A stretch of DNA of 64,000 bases from Candidatus Zixiibacteriota bacterium (GCA_030692925.1 JAUYBY010000023.1:22612-86611), one strand, 5' to 3'; shown: positions 29,097 through 37,831, counted from the first letter of the stretch. Notes: generated by a model from the sequence alone, not told the origin. A program made the numbers and translations.

Positions 29097-29342
29097 TTAT
29101 CCCTGCTTTCTCTGGATATAGGTTATCAGATTCTGTATGGAATCCAGATTCTCCGGGACAAGCTCCTCATCCTCCACCTTGATCTTGTAGGTCTCCTCGA
29201 TGAAATTGACCAGCTCTAAAACCCCGGTGGAATCTATTATCCCGTTCTGCAGAAACGACTCGTCTTCTTTTATAGCCCGGTTCTTGTCCCCCAGGAGGAA
29301 GTTGTTCTGGATAAAAGTCCTAAGTTTTTCCTCCATAACCAT
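29097..29342 (-). CDS. Acyl carrier protein
   Basis: 81 aa with DSTGVLELV phosphopantetheine-attachment serine; sits directly upstream of the ligase. Confidence 0.75.
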   Translation of the reverse strand: MVMEEKLRTFIQNNFLLGDKNRAIKEDESFLQNGIIDSTGVLELVNFIEETYKIKVEDEELVPENLDSIQNLITYIQRKQG

Positions 29343-29446
29343 TTTCTCTCCTTAGTTTGCTTAAAATAAAAATCAGGAACTCTTACTATTTCTTGATACC
29401 TATAGTTACCTTTAGCTTATCGGAACTATTATTTACTGGTTTAACT

Positions 29447-29475
29447 TATATACAGTAGAAGATTGAATTTGTCAA
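29447..29475 (-). promoter_or_regulatory. Minus-strand promoter TTGACA-17-TATATA for the ACP-ligase operon
   Basis: Reverse complement reads TTGACAaattcaatcttctactgTATATA. Confidence 0.4.
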
Positions 29476-29606
29476 GATTTTTAAGCAGGGTTTTTGAAGG
29501 AGATTGAGTGTAAAGCCTTAGCTTTACCTCTTTAAGGATGCTATTGAAAGTTTATCTCAAAAGGAACAGGTGTCGAAAGGTAACTCCTTACACCACCGTA
29601 ATCTAT

Positions 29607-30389
29607 CTATTCTCCTTCACCCGGAGTAAATTCGATTACCTTGCTGCCAATTTGTGTGGTAATAAAAAGCCTATAAGTGTAATTCTCCGGTTTTATAACA
29701 ACTTCTTGTCGGTTGTATCCATAGGGGTCATATATAATTAGGGGAAGAGGAAAATATACATAACCGTTTACACTTTCACCTGGAAAAACTGTATTTCGTC
29801 GTAAAATCCCAGAATTTACACTACTCTGAAATATATCATATAAAATAGCAGTGTTTATCATTGAACTCTTTGCTCTAGTCTCAATAATATCTACTTTAGC
29901 ATCTCTATCATTTACAATCCACTTATCTCCTTTTTGGTTTGTTATTGTAGTTGGCTGGGTGGACATTGCTTTCAACGTACCACCTATTGCCTGTGCTATT
30001 AGGCTTACTGTTTTTTCATTTTTAATGTGTGCTAGGATTTTTGTTGGTGATTCAGGAGCAATATTATCAAAAGACTTTTCATCTGCTTGAATGCTCGGAA
30101 TGTTGAGCTTCACTGCTTTTAAGGGTTCAAAAAGGTATGGTGTATGAGAATTATTTTTATAGAGTAACCATAACCTCATATATTCTGTGCCGGCCAACTT
30201 AGTCGGTTCCAATAAAACTATGATGAATGAACTATCTGTGTTCACTGCCCCGATAGGGAGACCATTTCTGTAAAAAGACATTACTTCAGAATTTTGAGTG
30301 GGCAAATAAATTACTGGTGGTTTTGTACTGGCACAATTACAAAGTATCAAAGTTGTCAGAACCAAGATCAATAAATCTATTCGTCTCAT
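29607..30389 (-). CDS. Hypothetical lipoprotein
   Basis: Signal peptide with LILCNCAS lipobox; no recognisable domain. Confidence 0.45.
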   Translation of the reverse strand: MRRIDLLILVLTTLILCNCASTKPPVIYLPTQNSEVMSFYRNGLPIGAVNTDSSFIIVLLEPTKLAGTEYMRLWLLYKNNSHTPYLFEPLKAVKLNIPSIQADEKSFDNIAPESPTKILAHIKNEKTVSLIAQAIGGTLKAMSTQPTTITNQKGDKWIVNDRDAKVDIIETRAKSSMINTAILYDIFQSSVNSGILRRNTVFPGESVNGYVYFPLPLIIYDPYGYNRQEVVIKPENYTYRLFITTQIGSKVIEFTPGEGE

Positions 30390-30575
30390 ATCCTATCTCC
30401 TTATTTGTTTTAAATGTATCGTAAATCCATTACAGCCCTAATAAAAGGTTGCCACATAATGCAGCAAGGCATACAGCGACGCTTTAATTACATTATCAAA
30501 ATCGTTTCTAAGATTAAATTAGAAGATATTTTAAGTCTGTCAAGAGAAAAGTAATTCTTTTTAAAATCAGCACTA

Positions 30576-30666
30576 CCTAAATTTCTCTTGACTTGGCCCT
30601 TAAATTATTACTAAATATAATTCCTGAATGTAGTTGCAACAGGGCGTCCAATTGGACACCCCTACG
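30576..30666 (+). repeat. 91-bp direct repeat, copy 1 (promoter-like TTGACT..TAAATA plus REPIN-like GTAG-palindrome-CTAC)
   Basis: About 92% identical to 31698-31788. The central palindrome GGCGTCCAATTGGACACC is inverted relative to copy 2. Confidence 0.8.
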
Positions 30667-30763
30667 TGGACTGGACAAATCGTCATTCTGTTACCTCCTG
30701 ACACCAACATTAGAAACCTCGTGTATTACCCTCAAACAAGTTTGTGGGTGCCACCTTGCCGCA

Positions 30764-31495
30764 TCATTTCTTCACGGCGACAATGACAGTATCGCTTCCA
30801 CATAAAACCTCTTTGGAGAGATACATCTTGAAAATATTCAGGTAATGCTTTTCATCTGGTTTTCCCTGATACAGTTTCCTGTAGGTCAAAAGATAACGCA
30901 GAAAAATATAAGGATAGATAAAAGGATAAAGAATTAAACTGCCTGTGCGCAGGCGGTAGGTGGTAAGGGTCTGGATCTCGAAACCAGCAAATCTGAGAAA
31001 TGTTTCCAGGCGGTGAAAAGGGATTAGGTTAATGTGTTCCATATAGATATTGGGCAAATCCTCTCTTAACGGGCGCGGGGGGTTATCGTAAACTCCGGTT
31101 AGAAAATATAAAAAACGGCTTTCCAAAGAGGAGATATTCGGGGTGGTCAGAAAAAGTCTGCCGCCCTTTTTTAAAATCCTGAAACATTCCCGAAAGAATA
31201 AAAATTGATTCTCGATATGTTCTATTCCTTCGATGGATACGATGTAATCAAAACTCTCAGGCCCGAAGGAAAGTTCTTTGGACATATCTAACTTCTGATA
31301 AGAGACCTCGGGGAAAAGATGAAGAGATTCGTCGATTTCAGCGGCAATCGTTTCAAAGCCAGATTCTTTTGCCTGTAGGGCAAAATATCCGGGACCTGAG
31401 GGGATATCTAACAAACGCCCGGGTGGATTTGGTTTTAACAGCTTCCAGATCAAATCGTGCAAGTAGGGGTTATGTTTTGGTGGAATTTCCTGCAT
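30764..31495 (-). CDS. Class I SAM-dependent methyltransferase
   Basis: Motif I LLDIPSGPGYFA and motif post-II ILKKGGRLFLTTPN. Confidence 0.8.
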   Translation of the reverse strand: MQEIPPKHNPYLHDLIWKLLKPNPPGRLLDIPSGPGYFALQAKESGFETIAAEIDESLHLFPEVSYQKLDMSKELSFGPESFDYIVSIEGIEHIENQFLFFRECFRILKKGGRLFLTTPNISSLESRFLYFLTGVYDNPPRPLREDLPNIYMEHINLIPFHRLETFLRFAGFEIQTLTTYRLRTGSLILYPFIYPYIFLRYLLTYRKLYQGKPDEKHYLNIFKMYLSKEVLCGSDTVIVAVKK

Positions 31496-31697
31496 CTTAT
31501 CCTCTGAAAAGGCTCAGCAAGGTAAGCGACCGAAGCCTGGTTGGCTTATTCTCAATAGCTCCACAAAACCGGGCCAATAAGAAAAGAATCAGTTATTTTA
31601 AATTTGTCAACTAAAAAAACGCATTCTGATAACCTCACCCTATTCCCCTTCCTATAGCAGAGGAGTCTATCTAAGTAGAAAGGAGGAGGAGTAATTG

Positions 31698-31788
31698 CCT
31701 AAATTTCTCTTGACTTAGCCTTTAAATTATTGCTAAATATAATTCCTGAATATAGTTGCGACAGGGTGTCCAATTGGACGCCCCTACG
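31698..31788 (+). repeat. 91-bp direct repeat, copy 2, followed by two more REP units (31815-31868)
   Basis: See copy 1. The downstream units are GTTCGATgaATCGAAC-CCCTACG and TGTAGGGG-CTTGATttATCAAACC. Confidence 0.8.
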
Positions 31789-31886
31789 CGGGTTCTGAAT
31801 CTTAACCGGTCTGGGTTCGATGAATCGAACCCCTACGAATGAATGTAGGGGCTTGATTTATCAAACCCTGCAAAAGCGAAGGGATT

Positions 31887-34202
31887 ATGGCTGGGGAATA
31901 CCCAAGTTTCAGAAAAGATTTAATCATAAGCCAGCAGGAATATGAGGGGAAGACCTACTACGTTATCAAAGACCCGATTACCAGGAAATTCTTCCGAGTA
32001 AAAGAGCCGGAATATTTTATCACCCAAAATTTGGATGGGACAAAATCTAATCAAGAAATAATCCAGGAATTTGAAAGAAAGTTCCAGGTCAAGCTGGACC
32101 TGACGACTCTGGAGAGTTTCCTCAACCGGTTGGAGAAATTAGGTTTTTTAGAAGGTGAAATCTCACAGAGGGAGCTTTCCAAATTACAGTATGAAGCTGA
32201 AAAGAAAAAAAGTCTGCTCAAGAAAATCCTCTTCATAAAAATAAAAGCTTTTGACCCGGATAAATTCTTAGATAGGCTACTGAAAAAATTCAGGTTTGTC
32301 TATACAAAGGGTTTTTTGCTTTTCTCCTTGGCCGTAATTTTTCTGGCTCTTGTCGTCACCATCTCAAACTGGGAGGATGCTGGATACAGCTTCAAGAAAC
32401 TGTTTGCTTTGACCACTATTGTCAAGCTCTGGCTGGCTATTTTTTTAATTGCCTTGGTGCACGAGTTGGGGCATGCTTTAACCTGCAAATATTTTGGAGG
32501 TGAAGTGCGCGAGATGGGGTTTTTGCTCATTTATTTTCAGCCTGCTTTTTTCACCAACGTCTCAGATGCCTGGATGTTCAAGGAGAAAAGGAAAAAACTA
32601 TTAGTCTCCTGGGCAGGGATATATATCCATCTTTTCCTTTGGGCTTGCGTCACACTTTTGTGGAGGATTACCGATTTAGAGACTCAGCTTAACTCCTTTC
32701 TCTTTGTGGTTATGGTAGCTTCCGGGGTTTTAATCCTCTTCAATTTCAACCCCCTGATAAAATTGGATGGATATTACCTGTTATCCGACTGGCTGGAAAT
32801 ACCGAATTTGCGAAAGAAAGCTTTTGGCTATTTAGGCTCTATTGTCAAGAACAAAATTCTCAGGGTCAGGGAGAAAATCCCTGAAGTCACTGCCCGGGAT
32901 AAAAAGATTTTTCCCTTGTACGGCACCCTGTCCATATTTTATTCTTTTGTCCTCATCCTTTATTTTTTCCTGAAGGTGGGTAATTTTCTGATATCCCGGT
33001 ATCAGGGTTTCGGATTTGCCTTGTTTTTGGTAATCCTTTATTTTATCTTTCAACAGCCGTTAAAAATTCTTTTGGCTGGCGGTTTTCATTTTTTCTTAAT
33101 CAAAAAAGAAGGACTTATGAAGCCGAAGAAGATCTTCATCTATGGCGGAGTAATCATCTTAATCCTGATTTTATTATTTATTGTCAAACTGGATTTGAAG
33201 ATCAGCCAGGAGTGCGAATTCGCCGCCATGGAGAGGTATTCCATTGTTAACAGTCCCTCTGCGGGGTTCATTGAGGAACAGCTTTATCAAGAGGATAAAG
33301 AAGAGAAAAGGCAGATGAATGTCTTGAGACTGATCTCCTCCACCTACGGGATAGCGAATTTGGAACCAATGGTAAAGGAGGGGCAAAGGGTTAAAAAGGG
33401 ACAGGTTATAGTTCGCGTGTTTTCCAATCAATATATCAATGAACTGGAGGAGAACGAGGCAGCCATAAGAAAGGAAAAGGCTAATCTGGAACTTCTGGAA
33501 AAAGGAGCCAGGCCTGAGGAGATAGCCCAGGCTAAAGAACAGGTGAGAAAAGCAGAAGCTAAACTTGAGTCAAACGAGAATGAACTTAAGAGGCTTAAAG
33601 AGCTTTTTTCCCGGAACCTGATCTCCAAGGAGGAGCTGGAGAAAAAGGAATCCGAACATACGGTCCTGGCCGCAGAGCTGGGGATTGCCCAGAACAATCT
33701 GAAGATACTTCTGAGAGGTGCAAAAAAAGAAGAGATCGACATGTCTAGGGCTGAGATCAGCCGGCTGGAGGCTAAAGCGAAATTCTATAAAGATCAAATC
33801 GCTAGTTCGGATTTCAAATCACCCATCTCCGGGATCGTCACCTCGGTGCAGCCGGAAGGGAATCTCTTGAGCATCGCCAATTACGATACCATAAGGGTCT
33901 TGATGCCGGTATCAGAAAAAGATCTGGACGTCATAAAATCAGGCCAGAAGGTCAAAGCTAAGGTAAGAAGCTTTTCCTGGAAAACTTTCTACGGGGTGGT
34001 AACCAGGATCGCCTATCAGGCAGAACAACATAAATCCCGCCAGGTTTTCCTGGTCACCAGCAGAATAGATAACTCCGAGCTACTTTTGAAACCCGGTATG
34101 ACCGGGCAGGCAAAAATCTACTGCGGAAAAAGAAGCATCGCCTACCTTCTTCTGCGCCGGATAATTAGCTGGATCAGGGTAGAGGTCTGGTCCTGGTTTT
34201 GA
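31887..34202 (+). CDS. Tripartite protein: PqqD-like RiPP recognition element (RRE) + peptidase M50 (site-2-protease-like, HELGH) + HlyD-family periplasmic adaptor
   Basis: aa 20-95 match PqqD (FITQNLDGTKSNQEIIQEF...LESFLNRLEKLGFL versus PqqD [18 protein letters not shown]...VVEFL). TM helices carry HELGH. The C-terminal 340 aa contain a coiled coil, a lipoyl-like region (GQVIVRV, SPISGIV) and a beta-barrel (KPGMTGQAKI). Confidence 0.7.
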   Translation: MAGEYPSFRKDLIISQQEYEGKTYYVIKDPITRKFFRVKEPEYFITQNLDGTKSNQEIIQEFERKFQVKLDLTTLESFLNRLEKLGFLEGEISQRELSKLQYEAEKKKSLLKKILFIKIKAFDPDKFLDRLLKKFRFVYTKGFLLFSLAVIFLALVVTISNWEDAGYSFKKLFALTTIVKLWLAIFLIALVHELGHALTCKYFGGEVREMGFLLIYFQPAFFTNVSDAWMFKEKRKKLLVSWAGIYIHLFLWACVTLLWRITDLETQLNSFLFVVMVASGVLILFNFNPLIKLDGYYLLSDWLEIPNLRKKAFGYLGSIVKNKILRVREKIPEVTARDKKIFPLYGTLSIFYSFVLILYFFLKVGNFLISRYQGFGFALFLVILYFIFQQPLKILLAGGFHFFLIKKEGLMKPKKIFIYGGVIILILILLFIVKLDLKISQECEFAAMERYSIVNSPSAGFIEEQLYQEDKEEKRQMNVLRLISSTYGIANLEPMVKEGQRVKKGQVIVRVFSNQYINELEENEAAIRKEKANLELLEKGARPEEIAQAKEQVRKAEAKLESNENELKRLKELFSRNLISKEELEKKESEHTVLAAELGIAQNNLKILLRGAKKEEIDMSRAEISRLEAKAKFYKDQIASSDFKSPISGIVTSVQPEGNLLSIANYDTIRVLMPVSEKDLDVIKSGQKVKAKVRSFSWKTFYGVVTRIAYQAEQHKSRQVFLVTSRIDNSELLLKPGMTGQAKIYCGKRSIAYLLLRRIISWIRVEVWSWF

Positions 34203-34221
34203 TTTTTTTAAAAAAAAGTCC

Positions 34222-34249
34222 TTGACAAAGGGGAACTTGCCAATATATT
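34222..34249 (+). promoter_or_regulatory. Promoter TTGACA-16-TATATT
   Basis: Sequence tccTTGACAaaggggaacttgccaaTATATTaag, downstream of the M50-HlyD stop. Confidence 0.5.
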
Positions 34250-34459
34250 AAGTTAATTTACCGTAGGAGACAACAAAAGGGTAAGCAATACCTCAAATAT
34301 AAATAAATCAACTAAATGTCAAAATATATCTATAAGTACGAGATAATCAATAACAACTGGAATAGGCCCCCTCCGTAAAAAAATCATGCTGGAGAGTTTT
34401 CATTATTTTTTGTTGAAAGATAGACCATAAAAACTTTAACTTAAGAAAGGAAAAAGAAA

Positions 34460-35020
34460 ATGTCAAAATACAAACTCTTCGGGATGAGCTTACTGCTTAT
34501 CCTGGGAATAATCCTCTTAAGCTCCTGCGCCAAGCCTCCGGACAAGGAGATGCAGGCAGCCAGAGATGCGGTTTCAGCTGCTATGAATGCGGAAGCCAAT
34601 ATGTACGTGCCCGATCTTTTCACTTCTGCCCAGGATTCTTTAAACCAGGCAGAGGCCTTCGTGTCTGAGAAGAAATATGGAGATGCCAAAAGGTTAGCCC
34701 TGTTTGCCAAGAGCTGGGCTGATTCTGCAGCGGCTATGGCCGAAACCAAGAAAGAGGAGATGAAAGCCTCCGCCGAGAATGCCATAAAAGAAGCCACTGC
34801 CAAAGTTGATTCCATGAAAAAGATGAAGGTTCCTGCTAAGATGAAGAAAGAAATGGATAAAATGATGAAGATGTGCGAGGACACTCTATCTGAGGCGAAA
34901 AAGGCCCTGGAGGCGGGGAATTATAAACAGGTACTGGATAAGGCTAACGAGACCATCAACAATGCAAATAAGGCCGAGGCGAGCATGGCAAAGAAAACAG
35001 CAGGAACGAAAAAGAAATAA
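34460..35020 (+). CDS. Lipoprotein, DUF4398-like coiled-coil
   Basis: LLSSC lipobox; Ala/Lys/Glu-rich helical protein. Confidence 0.5.
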   Translation: MSKYKLFGMSLLLILGIILLSSCAKPPDKEMQAARDAVSAAMNAEANMYVPDLFTSAQDSLNQAEAFVSEKKYGDAKRLALFAKSWADSAAAMAETKKEEMKASAENAIKEATAKVDSMKKMKVPAKMKKEMDKMMKMCEDTLSEAKKALEAGNYKQVLDKANETINNANKAEASMAKKTAGTKKK

Positions 35021-35154
35021 AATCTTTTTCATTCTAAATTTACGGAGACAAGAAAATGCCTAAAGCAAAAAAGAAAAAAGGCGGTTGCAAAACCAAGAAG
35101 CCCTGCTAAGATTTAAAGACAAAAATAGTTTAGAGAAAAAGGGCTTATTTTTTA

Positions 35155-35191
35155 AAAATCAGTCCCGCTTAAAGCGGGACTGATTTTTTTT
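35155..35191 (+). terminator. Intrinsic terminator (AATCAGTCCCGC-ttaa-GCGGGACTGATT + TTTTTTTT)
   Basis: 12-bp perfect stem followed by a T8 run. Confidence 0.8.
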
Positions 35192-35272
35192 ACACAGATA
35201 AATTTTATTATTGCATTTTAAAAAGGAATAGCTCATATTAAAAAACCGTTTTAAGTTAAAAGGAGGTGGAAG

Positions 35273-35845
35273 ATGTTCATAATGCCCAAACAGGTTTTCC
35301 TCACCAAGGGGGTAGGAAAACATATGGAGAAGCTTTCCAGTTTTGAGTTGGCTTTAAGGAATGCCGGGATCGCTCGCTTTAATATCGTAAGCGTCTCCTC
35401 CATTTTTCCGCCGGAGTGTAAATTAATCACCAGAGCGCAAGGGATGAAAAAACTGCAGGATGGCCAGATAATCTTCTGCGTGATGAGCCGTAACTCGACC
35501 AACGAGCCCAACCGTCTGATCTCTGCCTCGGTGGGACTGGCTATACCCAAGGAGAAGAAATATTACGGGTTCCTTTCCGAGCACTCGGCTTATGGCCAGA
35601 CCGAGAAAAAAGCTGGAGACTATTCTGAGGATTTAGCCGCCTCTATGCTAGCCACCACCCTGGGTTTGGATTTTGACGTGGACAAAAACTATGACATGAG
35701 AAAAGAGATCTGGAAGATCTCAGGCAAAATAGTCCGCACCATGAGTAGCACCCAGTCCGCAGAAGGGGATAAAAATGGCCTCTGGACTACGGTGATAGCC
35801 GCGGCTATCTTCATCACCCAGGCCGAGCCTAAAAAACCGGCCTGA
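35273..35845 (+). CDS. pdaD: Pyruvoyl-dependent arginine decarboxylase
   Basis: LTKGVGKH...LSSFELAL..AGIARFNIVSVSSIFPP matches the PdaD family, including the SS self-cleavage site. Confidence 0.85.
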   Translation: MFIMPKQVFLTKGVGKHMEKLSSFELALRNAGIARFNIVSVSSIFPPECKLITRAQGMKKLQDGQIIFCVMSRNSTNEPNRLISASVGLAIPKEKKYYGFLSEHSAYGQTEKKAGDYSEDLAASMLATTLGLDFDVDKNYDMRKEIWKISGKIVRTMSSTQSAEGDKNGLWTTVIAAAIFITQAEPKKPA

Positions 35846-35873
35846 GAAGAATCTTTAAGGAGGTATTTTTGAG

Positions 35874-36908
35874 ATGGACGAATTTTTGAAAAATCCTACC
35901 CGTCCCTTAGAAATCGAGAATATAAAGGATGTAGCTCAGCTTTTAGAAAAGATGAGCGGGATATCTTTTCAGGGAAGAAATCTGTCCACGGCTCTGAGCG
36001 TGTGGAAAGAAATGCTCAAAAAGAATGTAGTCATCTTCTTAGGCTTGTCCGGAGCGATGATCCCCGGGGGTTTGAGGAAGATACTGGTCTACCTGATAAA
36101 AAATCGACTGATCGACTGTCTGGTCTCCACCGGAGCTAATCTTTTTCACGATCTGCACGAGAGTCTGGGAAAATACCATTACCTGGGGGATCATCTGACG
36201 AGCGATCTGAAATTAAGAAAAGCAGGTATCGATAGGATCTATGATACCTTTGCCTCAGAAGAGGAGTTCAGGGAAACAGACGAATATATCAAGGAGTTTG
36301 CCCGCTCATTTTTCGATCTGGAGAAAAGTTATTCCACCCGGGAGTTTTTCTATTCTTTAGGAAAAGTGTTATCCCGGATGAAGAAAAAAGAGGGAATGAT
36401 CAGTTCAGCCTATGCTTCCGGCATCCCGATCTTCTGCCCGGCAATAGGAGACTCCTCTTACGGGATCGCCCTGGTTGAGCTGGGCAGAAAAACTGGCAAA
36501 AGGTTCCAATTTGACGTTATCCAGGATGCAGAAGAGATCTCCAATTTAGTCCTCTGGGCTAAATCCACCGGAGTCATCTACGTAGGAGGTGGAACCCCCA
36601 AGAATTTTATCCAGCAGGCTGAGGTCATTGCCTCCCTCCAGAGAGAAGGCAATAAATGCGGGCATGAATATGCCATTCAGATAGTGGTTGACTCTCCGCA
36701 CTGGGGAGGGCTTTCCGGATGCACTTTCTCTGAGGCACAGTCCTGGGGGAAAATCCACCCTAAGGCAAAAACGGTCACGGTCCATTCGGATGCCACTATA
36801 GCTCTCCCGTTTTTGGTAGGGGCACTCTCACAAGGGTCCAGGGGTTTAATCCGCAAAAGAAAAAAACCAGAGTTCAAGTTCGGAAAAGAACTTTTGATGA
36901 AAAGGTAA
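35874..36908 (+). CDS. Deoxyhypusine-synthase-family protein (DHS-like; possible homospermidine/aminobutyl transferase)
   Basis: 344 aa; DHS-like NAD-binding regions (LVSTGANLFHD, GGGTPKNF). Confidence 0.65.
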   Translation: MDEFLKNPTRPLEIENIKDVAQLLEKMSGISFQGRNLSTALSVWKEMLKKNVVIFLGLSGAMIPGGLRKILVYLIKNRLIDCLVSTGANLFHDLHESLGKYHYLGDHLTSDLKLRKAGIDRIYDTFASEEEFRETDEYIKEFARSFFDLEKSYSTREFFYSLGKVLSRMKKKEGMISSAYASGIPIFCPAIGDSSYGIALVELGRKTGKRFQFDVIQDAEEISNLVLWAKSTGVIYVGGGTPKNFIQQAEVIASLQREGNKCGHEYAIQIVVDSPHWGGLSGCTFSEAQSWGKIHPKAKTVTVHSDATIALPFLVGALSQGSRGLIRKRKKPEFKFGKELLMKR

Positions 36909-36913
36909 AAGAA

Positions 36914-37831
36914 TTGTTAGACAGAAAGCTTTTTCTTCCCAATAATTTCTTAGGCATTCTTCAGCCCTTCTCAACTTACAAAAAATCTAAGTTCGTCATC
37001 CTTCCAGTTCCTTACGAGCAGACCACCACCTACAAGGCTGGAACCAAAGAAGGACCCCAGGCAATTATCACAGCCTCTAAACAGGTCGAGCTTTTCGATG
37101 AGGAGCTAAAAACAGAAGCTTATAAGGCCGGAATCTATACCACGGAGGAGTTAGAGCCCACCTCTAAGGGGCCTGAAAAGATGATAGAAAGAATCTATCG
37201 ACTAAGTCGGGAGCTCCTTAAAGACGGGAAAGTGATTGTGACGTTAGGCGGGGAGCATACTATCTCCGTCGGCATGATAAAAGCCTATAAAGAAAAATAT
37301 AAAGATCTTTCAGTCCTGCAGCTGGATGCTCATGCGGACTTAAGACAGAGTTTTCAGGGGAGCAAGTTCAGCCATGCCTGCACTATGAGAAGAGTAAGGG
37401 AGTTCGCACCCGCAGTACAGGTGGGAATAAGGAACTTAAGTTTAGAGGAGCATAACTGGGTCAAGAAAAATAAGATCCACCTTTTCTATGCTAGGGAAAA
37501 AGATAAAAACTCGGTTGACAAGATCATAGATTCCCTTTCGGATAACGTTTATTTGACCTTTGACCTGGATTTCCTGGATCCCTCGATTATGCCTTCTGTG
37601 GGGACTCCGGAGCCGGGAGGTTACTTGTGGTATGAAACTCTGGATTTTCTCAAGACTTTATCTCAGAGGAAAAAGATAGTCGGATTCGACATAGTTGAGC
37701 TCTGTCCCCAGCCCGGAAATATAGCCCCGGACTTTCTGGCAGCTAAGCTGATTTATAAGCTTATCGGATATATAATAACGCAAGATGGAAAAAGGAAGAT
37801 GGAAAAAGGAAAAATAAAGAGAAAAAAATGA
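36914..37831 (+). CDS. speB: Agmatinase / ureohydrolase (arginase family)
   Basis: Mn-binding motifs GGEHTIS, DAHADLR and DLDFLDPS. Confidence 0.85.
   Translation: MLDRKLFLPNNFLGILQPFSTYKKSKFVILPVPYEQTTTYKAGTKEGPQAIITASKQVELFDEELKTEAYKAGIYTTEELEPTSKGPEKMIERIYRLSRELLKDGKVIVTLGGEHTISVGMIKAYKEKYKDLSVLQLDAHADLRQSFQGSKFSHACTMRRVREFAPAVQVGIRNLSLEEHNWVKKNKIHLFYAREKDKNSVDKIIDSLSDNVYLTFDLDFLDPSIMPSVGTPEPGGYLWYETLDFLKTLSQRKKIVGFDIVELCPQPGNIAPDFLAAKLIYKLIGYIITQDGKRKMEKGKIKRKK

Noticed and set aside
30593-30805. ORF 30593..30805 (+), 70 aa
   Set aside because: It begins inside the 91-bp repeat and runs antisense into the methyltransferase 3' end. It is Cys-rich nonsense and probably non-coding.
31369-31614. 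ORF 31369..31614 (+), 81 aa
   Set aside because: Antisense to the methyltransferase 5' end and promoter region. No coding features.
34441-34884. ORF 34441..34884 (-), 147 aa, Ala/Ser-rich
   Set aside because: Exactly antisense to the 34460..35020 lipoprotein gene. It is a mirror ORF typical of GC-skewed Ala/Lys codons, and it lacks an SD and a promoter.
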